DNA of 63,054 nucleotides, filler included, from 5 parts of 5 records of this genome joined end to end with filler, not necessarily neighbours in it; one strand, 5' to 3'; numbered from the whole stretch's first letter, positions 28,176-37,363 are shown. A program made the numbers and translations. Notes: generated by a model not told the origin, from the letters alone.

Positions 28176-29234
28176 ATGAAAGCGATTACACTTACAAATG
28201 TCGTAAAAAATATATTTTTCCTAGCGGTTTCATTAGCTAGTTTAAGCACTTTTGCTCAAGAAGATAAAAAATTTAATTTTAGTGGATCTGCAGACGTTTA
28301 CTGGAAAACAAATTTAACCGGAACTAATGAGGCAGATGGAGACGGAATGTTTAACACCCCTCCTACTTCTTTTGCTAATAGAAGTGGATTTGCACTAGGT
28401 ATGGCAAATCTTATAGCTTCTTATGAAGGGGAAAAAGTAGGTTTTGTAGCCGATTTAGTTTTCGGACCTCGTGGAGAAGATGCTGTTTTCTTATCTACTG
28501 GTTCTGCAAATATTGTAAATCAATTATATGTATACTGGAATGTAAGCGAAAAAGTAAGATTGACAATGGGGAACTTCAACACCTTTTTAGGATATGAAGT
28601 TATTTCTCCTGTAGGTAACTTTAATTACTCTACTTCTTATATGTTCTCTTACGGACCATTCTCTCACACTGGAATAAAAGCAGATTTTACACTTTCTGAT
28701 GATTTTTCTTTAATGTTGGCTGTTATGAACAGTACAGACTTTACAGAAATAAATCTTGATGGAAGCTATACAGCTGGAGCTCAATTAGGATATAAAGGTC
28801 AGTATTTAAACTTTATTTACGGGGCTCAAACAGGTTTACCAGGAGAAACTTTTCAAGTAGATTATACAGGTGGATTTGATTTATCTGACGCTTTTTACTT
28901 AGGAATAAACACTACTTACAACACTACCGATGGTTCTGGATTCTATGGTTTTGCACTATACCCTCAATATGCAACATCAGAAAAATTCTCTGTCGGGCTT
29001 CGTGGAGAATATTTTAAAGAATTTGATGGTGGTGTTGGAGTATTTGGCTTAGCACCAGATAGTGATGCTGATGTATTTGAATTTACATTAACAGGAAACT
29101 ATAAAATTAGTGATTTAACTATAAAACCAGAATTAAGATTTGATAGCGCTTCTGAGGACATCTTTTTAGACGGAGATGATAATCCTACAGGAAGCCTAGC
29201 ATCCTTTTTAGTAGCGGCGGTATATGCTTTTTAA
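28176..29234 (+). CDS. Outer-membrane beta-barrel porin-like protein
   Basis: Signal peptide; GNFNTFLGYEVISP, NFNYSTSYMFSYGPFSHTG; terminal YAF. Confidence 0.8.
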   Translation: MKAITLTNVVKNIFFLAVSLASLSTFAQEDKKFNFSGSADVYWKTNLTGTNEADGDGMFNTPPTSFANRSGFALGMANLIASYEGEKVGFVADLVFGPRGEDAVFLSTGSANIVNQLYVYWNVSEKVRLTMGNFNTFLGYEVISPVGNFNYSTSYMFSYGPFSHTGIKADFTLSDDFSLMLAVMNSTDFTEINLDGSYTAGAQLGYKGQYLNFIYGAQTGLPGETFQVDYTGGFDLSDAFYLGINTTYNTTDGSGFYGFALYPQYATSEKFSVGLRGEYFKEFDGGVGVFGLAPDSDADVFEFTLTGNYKISDLTIKPELRFDSASEDIFLDGDDNPTGSLASFLVAAVYAF

Positions 29235-29371
29235 TTAACCAACAAACCATTCTTTGAATTCTATATAAAATGAACCCTAAACAATGTCATTACATACACA
29301 GAAAACAAAGAATAATACCTCAAAAATGAGGATAAAAGAAATTTAAAAGTAGCCGTTTACTCGTTCTAAGT

Positions 29372-29421
29372 TGTAACCCTAGGGTTACGAAGCCTGGTGG
29401 TGGCTCCGCCAGGCTTTTTTT
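29372..29421 (+). terminator. Tandem hairpins ending in a Rho-independent terminator
   Basis: gtaaccc-ta-gggttac then aagcctggtgg-tggct-ccgccaggctt followed by a T-run. Confidence 0.7.
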
Positions 29422-29436
29422 AATTAACTAATCAAC

Positions 29437-29461
29437 TACCTCGAGGCAAGCCTACAAGGTA
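29437..29461. repeat. Imperfect palindrome resembling REP/IS200-IS605 end hairpins, at contig end
   Basis: tacctcgaggcaagcctacaaggta, 11 nt before the contig break. Confidence 0.45.
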
Positions 29462-29472
29462 TTCAAAGGAAA

Positions 29473-29572
29473 NNNNNNNNNNNNNNNNNNNNNNNNNNNN
29501 NNNNNNNNNNNNNNNNTTAATTAATTAANNNNNNNNNNNNNNNNNNNNNNNNNNNNNNNNNNNNNNNNNNNN
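29473..29572. other. Artificial contig spacer
   Basis: 44 N + TTAATTAATTAA + 44 N. Confidence 0.98.
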
Positions 29573-29789
29573 CATCTTCACCGACGCCAAGACCCAGGCG
29601 TACTTCGCCACCGAGGGTTTCGTCGCGGTTGATCCAGCTGCCGAACTTGAATTGCAGGGCTTCGGGTTTGGCACTGGCGGTGGTGTTATCCGGCTCGATG
29701 TCGCTGCTGATGAAATCGATACCGGCAAAACCGCCGGCGTTGGCGAAAAGGGGCATTGCCAAAGCAGCGGCAAACAATACTTTTTTCAT
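29573..29789 (-). CDS. Outer-membrane beta-barrel protein (OmpA-like TM domain), truncated
   Basis: Signal peptide MKKVLFAAALAMPLFANA; alternating beta pattern, GGEVRLGLG. Confidence 0.7.
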
Positions 29790-29899
29790 GGGTTCTCCCA
29801 CTGGATGTGAAGTCTCGACGCAGTAATAGAGTGATTGTAGTGAAAAGTGGGGGCGACGGCGACCGGGGCGTTTGAGGGGATTTTAGGGAAGGGCGGGGC

Positions 29900-29934
29900 G
29901 CCTGCAGGGGATGCAAAGTGCATCGCCTGCAGGC
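29900..29934. terminator. GC-rich stem-loop after the metal-uptake operon
   Basis: gcctgcagg-ggatgca-aag-tgcatcg-cctgcaggc; no clear U-tract. Confidence 0.5.
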
Positions 29935-29954
29935 GGCCTCCTGTGGTTCAGAGC

Positions 29955-31295
29955 TTAGTGGTCGTGATCATGGTCATCGTCGTCATGATCGTGCTCGTCT
30001 TCGTCGCTATGTTCTTCTTCATGGTCGCTATCAAGACCGGCCCAGGCCAATGCTGCGGGCGGGAAGGTCAGGCTGAGTGGGGATTCCAGGCTGCCTTCTT
30101 CAAGATGCACGACAACGATGGCGTTGTTATCGGTATCCGAAAGAAAGACATGCGCAGGCTCGCCGGCCACGGCCATCTGGGTATTGCCCGGGGCGATGGC
30201 ATCTTCCACGTGGGCGTGCTCACTCCAGTCAGCGGTGTCGAAAATACGCAGGTCGCCGGCATCATCCAGCAACACAAGGTGTTCCCCGTGGGGATCCAGG
30301 CGGTGGCTTTCCAGTGTTACGGCGGCGCCTTCTGTCCAGTCCAGTTCCTCGGCGTCACCGTCTTCCGGGTGGATAACCAGGATACGGTCACCGGCATAAC
30401 CCACAAAGTGGCTCAGTTCGTGATGACTGTCGAAACTGCCGATACGCTCGCCGGCCCCCAGGCCAAGAGTGGCGTTGGTGACTTTCTCGGCGGTGAAATC
30501 CTCTCCGTCCTGATGGACGATCAGGATGCCGTCGCTACAGCCGAACACCGAGTAGTCTTCGTTGGAGCCGGCGCCATGAAGGTCCGGGCAAGTCGGCGCG
30601 ATGGTGTCTTCCTTGTGATAGTGATCGCCATGCTGATGGTAGACATCAACGGTTTCCGGGAGGCCGGAAGCGGCAGTGCGGAAGGTGGCCAGCAGTACAT
30701 CGCCGCGGGGCTCGGCCACACCATGGTGGGCACTGGCGAGGGTCTGGCTGGCTACGGTGGAAGCCGTTTCCAGCGATTCATCAGTGAGCAGTTCCACCTT
30801 GGCCATGACGGCGCTGGCGGCATCGCCGTCATAGAACAGGGCGGCCTGTTCTCCGTGGACCCGGAAGTGGGTGGGCGCCGGGCCGGTGAGGGTGCCCGCA
30901 AAGGTGGGGATCACTTCGTCCACATGGTCGTCATGCAGGTAGAGCCCGCCATCGACGATCTGTACCTGGTTGTCGTCTCGTTGCATGGCCAGGACAAAGC
31001 GCTTGCCCGGGCTGGTGTAAAGCGCGCTGGCGTCGTGGTCCAGGGAGAGGGTGCCGGGTAGCAGGGCGCCGGCCTCCAGGTCATACACATACAGCTGGGT
31101 GCCGTCGTCATCGGCGGCAATCACCAGTCGGCCGGGATGATCACTCTCGGCATGGTCGTGTTCATCTTCACTGCTGCCCAGCGAGCTGGTGCCGGTTTCG
31201 TTACAGCCGGCCATGGCGAGGGCGGCAAGCAGGGACAGGGGCAGGGCTGCGTTTTGTTTCAGGTTTTTCATCATGCGTTGCATGGTGTTCTCCAT
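29955..31295 (-). CDS. His-rich metal-binding lipoprotein, AztD-like beta-propeller
   Basis: Lipobox LAMAGC; EDEHDHAESDH, PTHF, AHHGVAEP, CPDLHG motifs; His/Asp tail HEEEHSDEDEHDHDDDDHDHDH. Exact start uncertain. Confidence 0.7.
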   Translation of the reverse strand: MENTMQRMMKNLKQNAALPLSLLAALAMAGCNETGTSSLGSSEDEHDHAESDHPGRLVIAADDDGTQLYVYDLEAGALLPGTLSLDHDASALYTSPGKRFVLAMQRDDNQVQIVDGGLYLHDDHVDEVIPTFAGTLTGPAPTHFRVHGEQAALFYDGDAASAVMAKVELLTDESLETASTVASQTLASAHHGVAEPRGDVLLATFRTAASGLPETVDVYHQHGDHYHKEDTIAPTCPDLHGAGSNEDYSVFGCSDGILIVHQDGEDFTAEKVTNATLGLGAGERIGSFDSHHELSHFVGYAGDRILVIHPEDGDAEELDWTEGAAVTLESHRLDPHGEHLVLLDDAGDLRIFDTADWSEHAHVEDAIAPGNTQMAVAGEPAHVFLSDTDNNAIVVVHLEEGSLESPLSLTFPPAALAWAGLDSDHEEEHSDEDEHDHDDDDHDHDH

Positions 31296-31356
31296 ATTCG
31301 TGTTGTTGTGTCCGGCGGAGTAAAGGCGCCGGCACAGATGCCGTTAACGTTGCGGC

Positions 31357-33423
31357 TTAAAATTCAATGCGGGTACCCACGGTGACGTTGCGACCTGGCT
31401 CCGGCACGGTGCTGGCAAGGAAGGAAGAGTGGTTGAATACTTCTTCTCCTAACAGGTTGTTGCCGCGCACATAGAAGGTGTAGCGCTGGTCGCCACGGAG
31501 CCGGTAGCTAAGGGTCGCGTTGACCATGTCGTAGGACGGGGTGGTGTCCTCAAAGCCAGCGATCTGGTCCTGTGCAAAGCTGCGGTAGAACTCCAGTTCT
31601 CCGTCGAAGTTGCCCAAGTAGCTATTGAGACGCGTGCCTAGCCGTTTGGCGGGGATGCGGGGCAGGTAGCCGCCATCATCGAAGGTCGCGCGCACCGTAT
31701 CACCAAAGACCGTAATCCCTACCGGGTCGATGCCGTAGTAGCTTAGCGAGGCTTCGGCACCGGTGAAGGTGGCGTCACGCTGGCTGTACTTGATCAGACG
31801 AAAGTCTTCGATCTGGTCGAGGGTACGGGCATAGATGTAGTTGTTGATGCGGTTTTCGAAGATGCCCAGATCAAACAGCCAGTCGCCCTGGGTCTTGCGC
31901 AGGTTCAGGTTGGCGTTGAGGCTGACTTCGTCATCCAGATCGCTCTGCCCGCCACCGCAGTCGCTGAGCAGGCCGCACTCGTAAGTGTTGGTCGCCAGAT
32001 GAACGCCTTCTGCATAGAGCTCCTGGGCGCTGGGTGCGCGGCCAGAATGACCCACAGACAACACCAACTCATAACCTGGCACAAAGGCCCAGTTGGCCGC
32101 GCCGGAGAAAGAGGCATTGTCCGCGGTGACTTTGGCAAGAGCCTGGCCATTGCGGTCGTCCGGTGTTTGCGTCAGGTGCTCCTGGCGCGCCCCAAGCTCA
32201 AAGGACCATTGCTCATTGAGGATGTATTCCTCTACCGCAAAGACGGCAATGGATTCGGTCTCGGTCTTCGGCACGAAGGCTTCGCCACCCAGTGAGCTGA
32301 AGTCGAATTGGGTGTACTGCAGGCCCACAACGCCGCGCCAGTTACCCAGCGGTTTGTGTTCCACTTCCAGTCGCGCATCGCCGCCCCTGTTGGTGAAGGT
32401 GCTGCCGATGGCGCCTTCCTCAATTTCGTGGTGGCGATAATCGGTGTGATTGCCACGGAAGCGAATGGCGGTCACCCCGGCGAAGGGCTCGCGGTATTCA
32501 CCACGGGCATCCACCCGGCGGCTGGCCAGGTCCACATAGGGGACAACATCGCCATGGTCATGGGTATGTGAAGAGGTGGGGCAGCTCAGGCTGGTGCCGC
32601 TGGCCTCGCACTCCTCGAATTCGTGGCTGTGGCCGGGCAGGCCGTAGTTGTCGCGGCGATAGCTGTAGGCCATGCCGAAGTAGCCCTGATCCCCGATCCA
32701 GGAGGCGCCAATGCTGCCATTGTCGCTTTCCGCATAGGTGCCGGGCACGGTGAGTTCTTCGAAGCCATTCACTTCGTAGTCGTCTGCGTCGCGGCGACTG
32801 CCTTCCACCCGAAACACCAGGTTGTCGGTGGCAGAGACGGTGAGGCCGGCGGCAGTGGCGTTCTCATCGGCCACGGTATTGGCCCGGGCTGCCACGAAAC
32901 CCTCCACGTCTTCGCGAGGGCGCTGGGTGGGGATGCGGCTGTCCAGCACATTCACAACACCACCGCTGGCACCGCTGCCATAGAGCAGGGTGGACGGGCC
33001 GCGCAGCACTTCTATCTGGCGCGCCAGCAGGGGGTCCACCGTGACCGCGTGATCAGGGGAGATACTGGAGGCATCCAGTACCTGGGAGCCATCATTGAGC
33101 ACCCCCACTCGTGGGCCGCCCTGACCGCGAATGACGGGCCGGCTGGCGCCGCCGCCAAAGGTGTCACTGTGGACACCGGGCTGGTCTTTCAGGGTTTCCC
33201 CGAGGGTGTTCTGGCCTTTCTGGGTGAGGGTTTGCTGGTCCATCACCGAATAGGGTGTGCTGGGGCTGTCACTGCCCAGCGGCAGGGCGGACACGTCCAC
33301 TTGCTTCAGCTCGTGGGCCTGGTCGGCGGCTGCGCTGTTGTTTTCAGCATCGGCCAATACTGCCGTGGGCACCAGCAGGGCCACGGCGACGCACCCGGTC
33401 AGGGTCTGGCGTCGAAATATCAT
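31357..33423 (-). CDS. TonB-dependent receptor, ZnuD-like (zinc/metal uptake)
   Basis: GASRPVIRG, SPDHAV, IEVLRGPSTLLYG; His/Cys loop GLPGHSHEFEEC...C...HTHDH; DYRHHEIE; terminal F. Confidence 0.85.
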   Translation of the reverse strand: MIFRRQTLTGCVAVALLVPTAVLADAENNSAAADQAHELKQVDVSALPLGSDSPSTPYSVMDQQTLTQKGQNTLGETLKDQPGVHSDTFGGGASRPVIRGQGGPRVGVLNDGSQVLDASSISPDHAVTVDPLLARQIEVLRGPSTLLYGSGASGGVVNVLDSRIPTQRPREDVEGFVAARANTVADENATAAGLTVSATDNLVFRVEGSRRDADDYEVNGFEELTVPGTYAESDNGSIGASWIGDQGYFGMAYSYRRDNYGLPGHSHEFEECEASGTSLSCPTSSHTHDHGDVVPYVDLASRRVDARGEYREPFAGVTAIRFRGNHTDYRHHEIEEGAIGSTFTNRGGDARLEVEHKPLGNWRGVVGLQYTQFDFSSLGGEAFVPKTETESIAVFAVEEYILNEQWSFELGARQEHLTQTPDDRNGQALAKVTADNASFSGAANWAFVPGYELVLSVGHSGRAPSAQELYAEGVHLATNTYECGLLSDCGGGQSDLDDEVSLNANLNLRKTQGDWLFDLGIFENRINNYIYARTLDQIEDFRLIKYSQRDATFTGAEASLSYYGIDPVGITVFGDTVRATFDDGGYLPRIPAKRLGTRLNSYLGNFDGELEFYRSFAQDQIAGFEDTTPSYDMVNATLSYRLRGDQRYTFYVRGNNLLGEEVFNHSSFLASTVPEPGRNVTVGTRIEF

Positions 33424-33621
33424 AACTACCTCTGTCTCTAGCGTTCATGCAGGGCATGAATGAGGGCGCGAGTAAAAGGGCGCAGCCGAAAAGAAAGCAG
33501 CTGGCCGGACTCGTGCCGGAAACACGTTTGTTGCTGATCGCAGGCAGGCGCAGCAGGCCCGGCTCTCATTGAGAGGGGCAAAAGGCGATGCGCCAGTATG
33601 ATCAGGGATCAGTAACGGGAA

Positions 33622-33942
33622 TCAGGCAGAGACAGGAGGGCCGCGGGGTGGATAGGGGTTGCGTTCGCTGCGGTGAACCACGGTGGTGGTGAGAGGCAGC
33701 GGGGTGGGTTCCACCCGTTGAGTAACGGGGGTGTTGTAAACGCTGGGCAAGGCCAGCAGGCCGTGCCCATGGGTACATACCTGGCAATCAGCGGAAGCCA
33801 GCAGCTCCTTGGTGGGGCTGTGTTGGCCGGCGTCGATGTGGGCTGGGGCGTGCCATGCCAGCAGCAGCTGGGCACAGAACAGCCCGAGCACCAGAGACAG
33901 GGAAAGGCCGCGACGGTATTGGCTCAGCATGGCGGGGATCAT
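33622..33942 (-). CDS. DUF2946-like leader protein with CxxC and C-terminal RGPP arrest motif
   Basis: Hydrophobic N-terminus with WHAPAH, DCQVCTHGH, Pro/Thr linker, ...YPPRGPPVSA stop; directly upstream of the TonB receptor. Confidence 0.75.
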   Translation of the reverse strand: MIPAMLSQYRRGLSLSLVLGLFCAQLLLAWHAPAHIDAGQHSPTKELLASADCQVCTHGHGLLALPSVYNTPVTQRVEPTPLPLTTTVVHRSERNPYPPRGPPVSA

Positions 33943-34220
33943 TGTGACGTACCCCCGTTATTGTCACCGCATGGCGATGTGCATTGGTGCGCTTCCGGGT
34001 CAGGCTCGGTGCCGGGCACGTAGTCAAAACCACCCGGGTGCCAGGGATGGCACTTGCACAGTCGCTTCGCTGCCAGTGCGCTGCCGCGCAGGCTGCCATG
34101 GGCCACTACCGCCTGCCGGGCATATTCCGAGCAGGTGGGGTAGAAGCGGCATTGATTGCCTATCCAGGGGCTTAGCGCCTTCTGGTATAGCCAGATGGCG
34201 CCAAGCAGAAGCGATTTCAC
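33939..34220 (-). CDS. yidD: Membrane protein insertion efficiency factor YidD-like protein
   Basis: YQKALSP, CRFYPTCSEY, RLCKCHPWHPGGFDYVP; GTG start at 34220. Confidence 0.85.
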   Translation of the reverse strand: MKSLLLGAIWLYQKALSPWIGNQCRFYPTCSEYARQAVVAHGSLRGSALAAKRLCKCHPWHPGGFDYVPGTEPDPEAHQCTSPCGDNNGGTSQ

Positions 34221-34396
34221 GAGCGAATTTCTGCCTGTCGTTAAATGTTGTGAGTTGTAAAAAATCCATGATATAGCCATCGCGTGGGGAGATACCAGCG
34301 CTGTTCCATGGTCGTAATACGCACAGTGATAAAAAAACGTTGTGATTTCATGACACTGCAACGGCAATGGAAGCAGCAAGGTAGCAAGGAGAGACC

Positions 34397-35101
34397 ATGA
34401 AAAAAGCCACAGGATGGACCCGCCCGGTACGGGTATCAGCACTGGCCGTTACCCTGATGTTGTCTGCCGGTTCCATGGCAGCAGATTGGGAAACCGTGAA
34501 CGAAGGCAGCGCCCGCACGGATATCAGCACCTATGAAAAAGCCATGGAGGACAGCCCGGTAAAAGCTTTTCGGGGTGTCACCGAAGTGCAGGCGCCGGTA
34601 TTGAGCGTGTTGGCGGTAATGGCCGATGCCAGTGCGTGCTCCGAATGGTTGTATCAGTGCCAGTCGCTGGAGCTGCGTGATAACGATCAGGCCTACATTC
34701 GTTTCAAAGGCATCTGGCCGGCCAAGGACCGCGATGCCCTGATCAAGACCCGGACCACCCAGAATGAGGAAACCGGTGCCATTACCCTGGCCTCCCACGC
34801 GGTGGACGGTGAGCCGGAGCAGGAGGGTTATGTGCGCGTTGCCGCGCTGGAAGACCAGTTCATCCTGACGCCGCTGGACAATGGCTGGACCCGCATCGAG
34901 TTTGAAACTTTTATCGACCCGGGCGGCAATGTGTCATCGGTGGCGAACGTGATTTCCCACAAGGCGCCCCAGGAAACCCTGCAGGGATTGCGTGAGATGG
35001 CCAGCAGTGAAACCTATCAGAATGCCAAGCTGGATAGCGCCCTGAAACGCTACCCGGAATTGAAAGGCATGGACTTGCCGCAGAGCCATACACCGGAATG
35101 A
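34397..35101 (+). CDS. START-domain lipid-binding protein (secreted)
   Basis: Signal peptide; SPVKAFRG, WPAKDRD, GYVRV, DPGGNV. Confidence 0.8.
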   Translation: MKKATGWTRPVRVSALAVTLMLSAGSMAADWETVNEGSARTDISTYEKAMEDSPVKAFRGVTEVQAPVLSVLAVMADASACSEWLYQCQSLELRDNDQAYIRFKGIWPAKDRDALIKTRTTQNEETGAITLASHAVDGEPEQEGYVRVAALEDQFILTPLDNGWTRIEFETFIDPGGNVSSVANVISHKAPQETLQGLREMASSETYQNAKLDSALKRYPELKGMDLPQSHTPE

Positions 35102-35243
35102 ACAAGGCTGTTGGCTCTAATAGGGTTACCAGGGTTAATAAAGAGGAGCGCCGGTAATTGGGGCCAATCCCCCGGCCGGCGCTTGTTTCCCCGCCTCCTG
35201 GCCGCATACTGCGGCCAGCATGCTGTTTAGCGTATTTTGACAA

Positions 35244-35939
35244 GTGAGGAGAAAACTTTTGCGAGCACTGTTTGTGGCACTGTTGCTGGCCCCCCTTATG
35301 CTGGCGAACCCGGTCTGGGCGGCGAATTGGAAAACCAATCATGAAGGCAAGGACAAGGGGGATATCACCACCTATGTGCGCGATGTCTCCAATAGCCCGG
35401 TCAAAGCCTTCAAGGGCATTGTCGAGGTGAAGGCGTCAGCCACCTCGGTACTGGCGGTGATCACCGCCGTGGACACCTTCCCCGAATGGATTTTCCAGAG
35501 TCAGGGCGCCAAGCGGTTATCCGTGGAAGACCGTGAAGAAATTCACATGCGCTTTAATGGTATCTGGCCGGTGTCTGACCGGGACGTGGTGCTGGCCAAT
35601 ACCCTGAGCCAGAACGAAGACACCGGTTCCATTACATTACACAGCGTGAACGCCGATGGCGTGTTGGAAAAGCAGGATGGTTTCGTGCGCATCCCCGCGC
35701 TGGATAACCAGTTTGTTATTACACCCATGGAAGATGGCTGGGTGCGGGTGCAGTTTGAAACCTTCGTGGACCCGGGCGGCAGCGTGCCGGTGTGGCTGGC
35801 CAATCTGGTGGCGACCAAGGCACCGCTGGAAACCTTGCAGGGGTTGAAAGTTCAGCTGGAAAAGCCGCGTTTCGCCAATGCTACACGGAAAGATTTGCCG
35901 CCACTGCCGGGGATGGACACACTGTCTCTTGAGGACTGA
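35244..35939 (+). CDS. START-domain lipid-binding protein (secreted), paralog
   Basis: Signal peptide; SPVKAFKG, WPVSDRD, GFVRI, DPGGSVPVWLAN. Confidence 0.82.
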   Translation: MRRKLLRALFVALLLAPLMLANPVWAANWKTNHEGKDKGDITTYVRDVSNSPVKAFKGIVEVKASATSVLAVITAVDTFPEWIFQSQGAKRLSVEDREEIHMRFNGIWPVSDRDVVLANTLSQNEDTGSITLHSVNADGVLEKQDGFVRIPALDNQFVITPMEDGWVRVQFETFVDPGGSVPVWLANLVATKAPLETLQGLKVQLEKPRFANATRKDLPPLPGMDTLSLED

Positions 35940-36020
35940 TTCCCCGGCACGTCTGCCCGGGTGAGTTCATGGAGTCACGCACCCGGGGTATCCGCCCGGG
36001 CAAGGAGACGAGGGCGAGCC

Positions 36021-37322
36021 ATGGTGCTGGCGCGGTTTCAGCAGTGGTATACCCAGTTACGTTCCAGCATGTGGTTGCTGCCAGCCTGTTTTCTGGTGGC
36101 TGCATCGCTGCTGGCCTTTATCCTCACGGCCATCCCCGGCGAGTTGCCGGATGCCAGGGAGCATTGGTGGGCTTACCTGCTGGCGGTAAACCCGGAAGGT
36201 GCCAGCGCGGTGCTGACCACCATCGCCGGTTCCATGATCACCGTGGCCGGCGTGACCTTCTCCATTACCATGCTGGTGTTGGCCCAGGCGGCCAGCCAGT
36301 ATTCCCCGCGCCTGCTACGCGATTACATGGCCGACCGGATCAACCAGTTAACCCTGGCGGTGATTGTGGGCGTATTCGCCTACTGCCTGTTGGTGCTGAG
36401 GAGTCTGCCCGCCGATTCCCTGTTGCTGGGGCATGGTATTGCCGTGATGGTGGCGCTACTGGGCGCGTTCGTCGGGCTGGCGCTGCTGATCTATTTTATT
36501 CACCACATTGCCAGCTCTATCCAGGTGTCCCAGGTGGTGGCAAAAATCACCGAAGACACCCAGGCAGCCATTGCCCAGCGATACGATCAGGCGTTCGGGC
36601 GGGTTGCCGAAAATCCGGCGGCATTGCGAGCGGAGGCGGTGGTGGTGGATCCCGATGGTGATGGTTATAGCCATAAGCCGGGCGGGCATCCGTTAGCGGC
36701 GCCGCTCACCGGGTTTGTGCAACAGGTGTACCTGAACGGCCTGGTCAAGGAAGCCGATGCCCAGGGGCAGGTCGTTACCATGCGTGTGGCGGTGGGCGAG
36801 TTTGTGGTGCAGGGGCAGCCATTGTTGTACCTGCATGGCCCGGGCTGGGGAGAAGAGCGATGCGCGGCGTTGTTGCGTTGTTACGTGATCAACCGTCACC
36901 GCACCATCGAGCAGGATCCTGCCTTTGGCATCCGCCAGCTGGTGGATATTGCCATTAAAGCCCTGTCCCCGGGGATCAACGATTCCACCACTGCCGAGCA
37001 ATGCGTGTTGTACCTGGGGGCGGTGATTGCGGACCTGTCCGGTCGCCATATGCCGGAGCCCTTTCGGCGGGTGAATGGGCAGCTGCGGCTGCAATGCCAG
37101 CAGCGAGACTTCGCCGACTATGTGGAGGCCGCCTTTGCGCAGATCGCCCGCAATGCCCGGGGCAATCTGGCAGTTTTGGCCACGCTGGGTAGCTCGCTGG
37201 CCATGCTGGAACGCACGGTGCCGGCTGAGAGGGTGGGCCCTATACAGCAGCAACGACGCCACTGGGTCACACAGGTGCGAGATAGCCTGTCGCGGGAAGA
37301 CCAGCTGACCCTGAAGATTTGA
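36021..37322 (+). CDS. DUF2254-family membrane protein
   Basis: IAGSMITVAGVTFSIT, SQYSPRLL, QDPAFGIRQLVDIAIKALSPGIND; ATG at 36021. Confidence 0.85.
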   Translation: MVLARFQQWYTQLRSSMWLLPACFLVAASLLAFILTAIPGELPDAREHWWAYLLAVNPEGASAVLTTIAGSMITVAGVTFSITMLVLAQAASQYSPRLLRDYMADRINQLTLAVIVGVFAYCLLVLRSLPADSLLLGHGIAVMVALLGAFVGLALLIYFIHHIASSIQVSQVVAKITEDTQAAIAQRYDQAFGRVAENPAALRAEAVVVDPDGDGYSHKPGGHPLAAPLTGFVQQVYLNGLVKEADAQGQVVTMRVAVGEFVVQGQPLLYLHGPGWGEERCAALLRCYVINRHRTIEQDPAFGIRQLVDIAIKALSPGINDSTTAEQCVLYLGAVIADLSGRHMPEPFRRVNGQLRLQCQQRDFADYVEAAFAQIARNARGNLAVLATLGSSLAMLERTVPAERVGPIQQQRRHWVTQVRDSLSREDQLTLKI

Positions 37323-37363
37323 AAGGGCTGCACTCACAAGGTCGGCTTGAGTGCTCGTTATAC

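Noticed and set aside
29270-29346. Mini-ORFs after the porin (19-20 aa)
   Set aside because: Two competing frames and no supporting features.
12928-29572. AT-rich block as a horizontally acquired genomic island
   Set aside because: Bounded by artificial spacers and full of Flavobacteriaceae housekeeping genes; it is a separate contig.
29847-31061. 404-aa plus-strand ORF
   Set aside because: Antisense shadow of the His-rich lipoprotein gene in GC-rich DNA; no motifs.
33424-33621. Cobalamin or other riboswitch before the TonB receptor
   Set aside because: No B12-box or other recognisable aptamer signature.
34243-34264. Possible Zur box (AAATGTTGTGAGTTGTAA) upstream of yidD
   Set aside because: Only one half resembles AAATGTTATA and the palindrome is poor; cannot be supported without a PWM scan.
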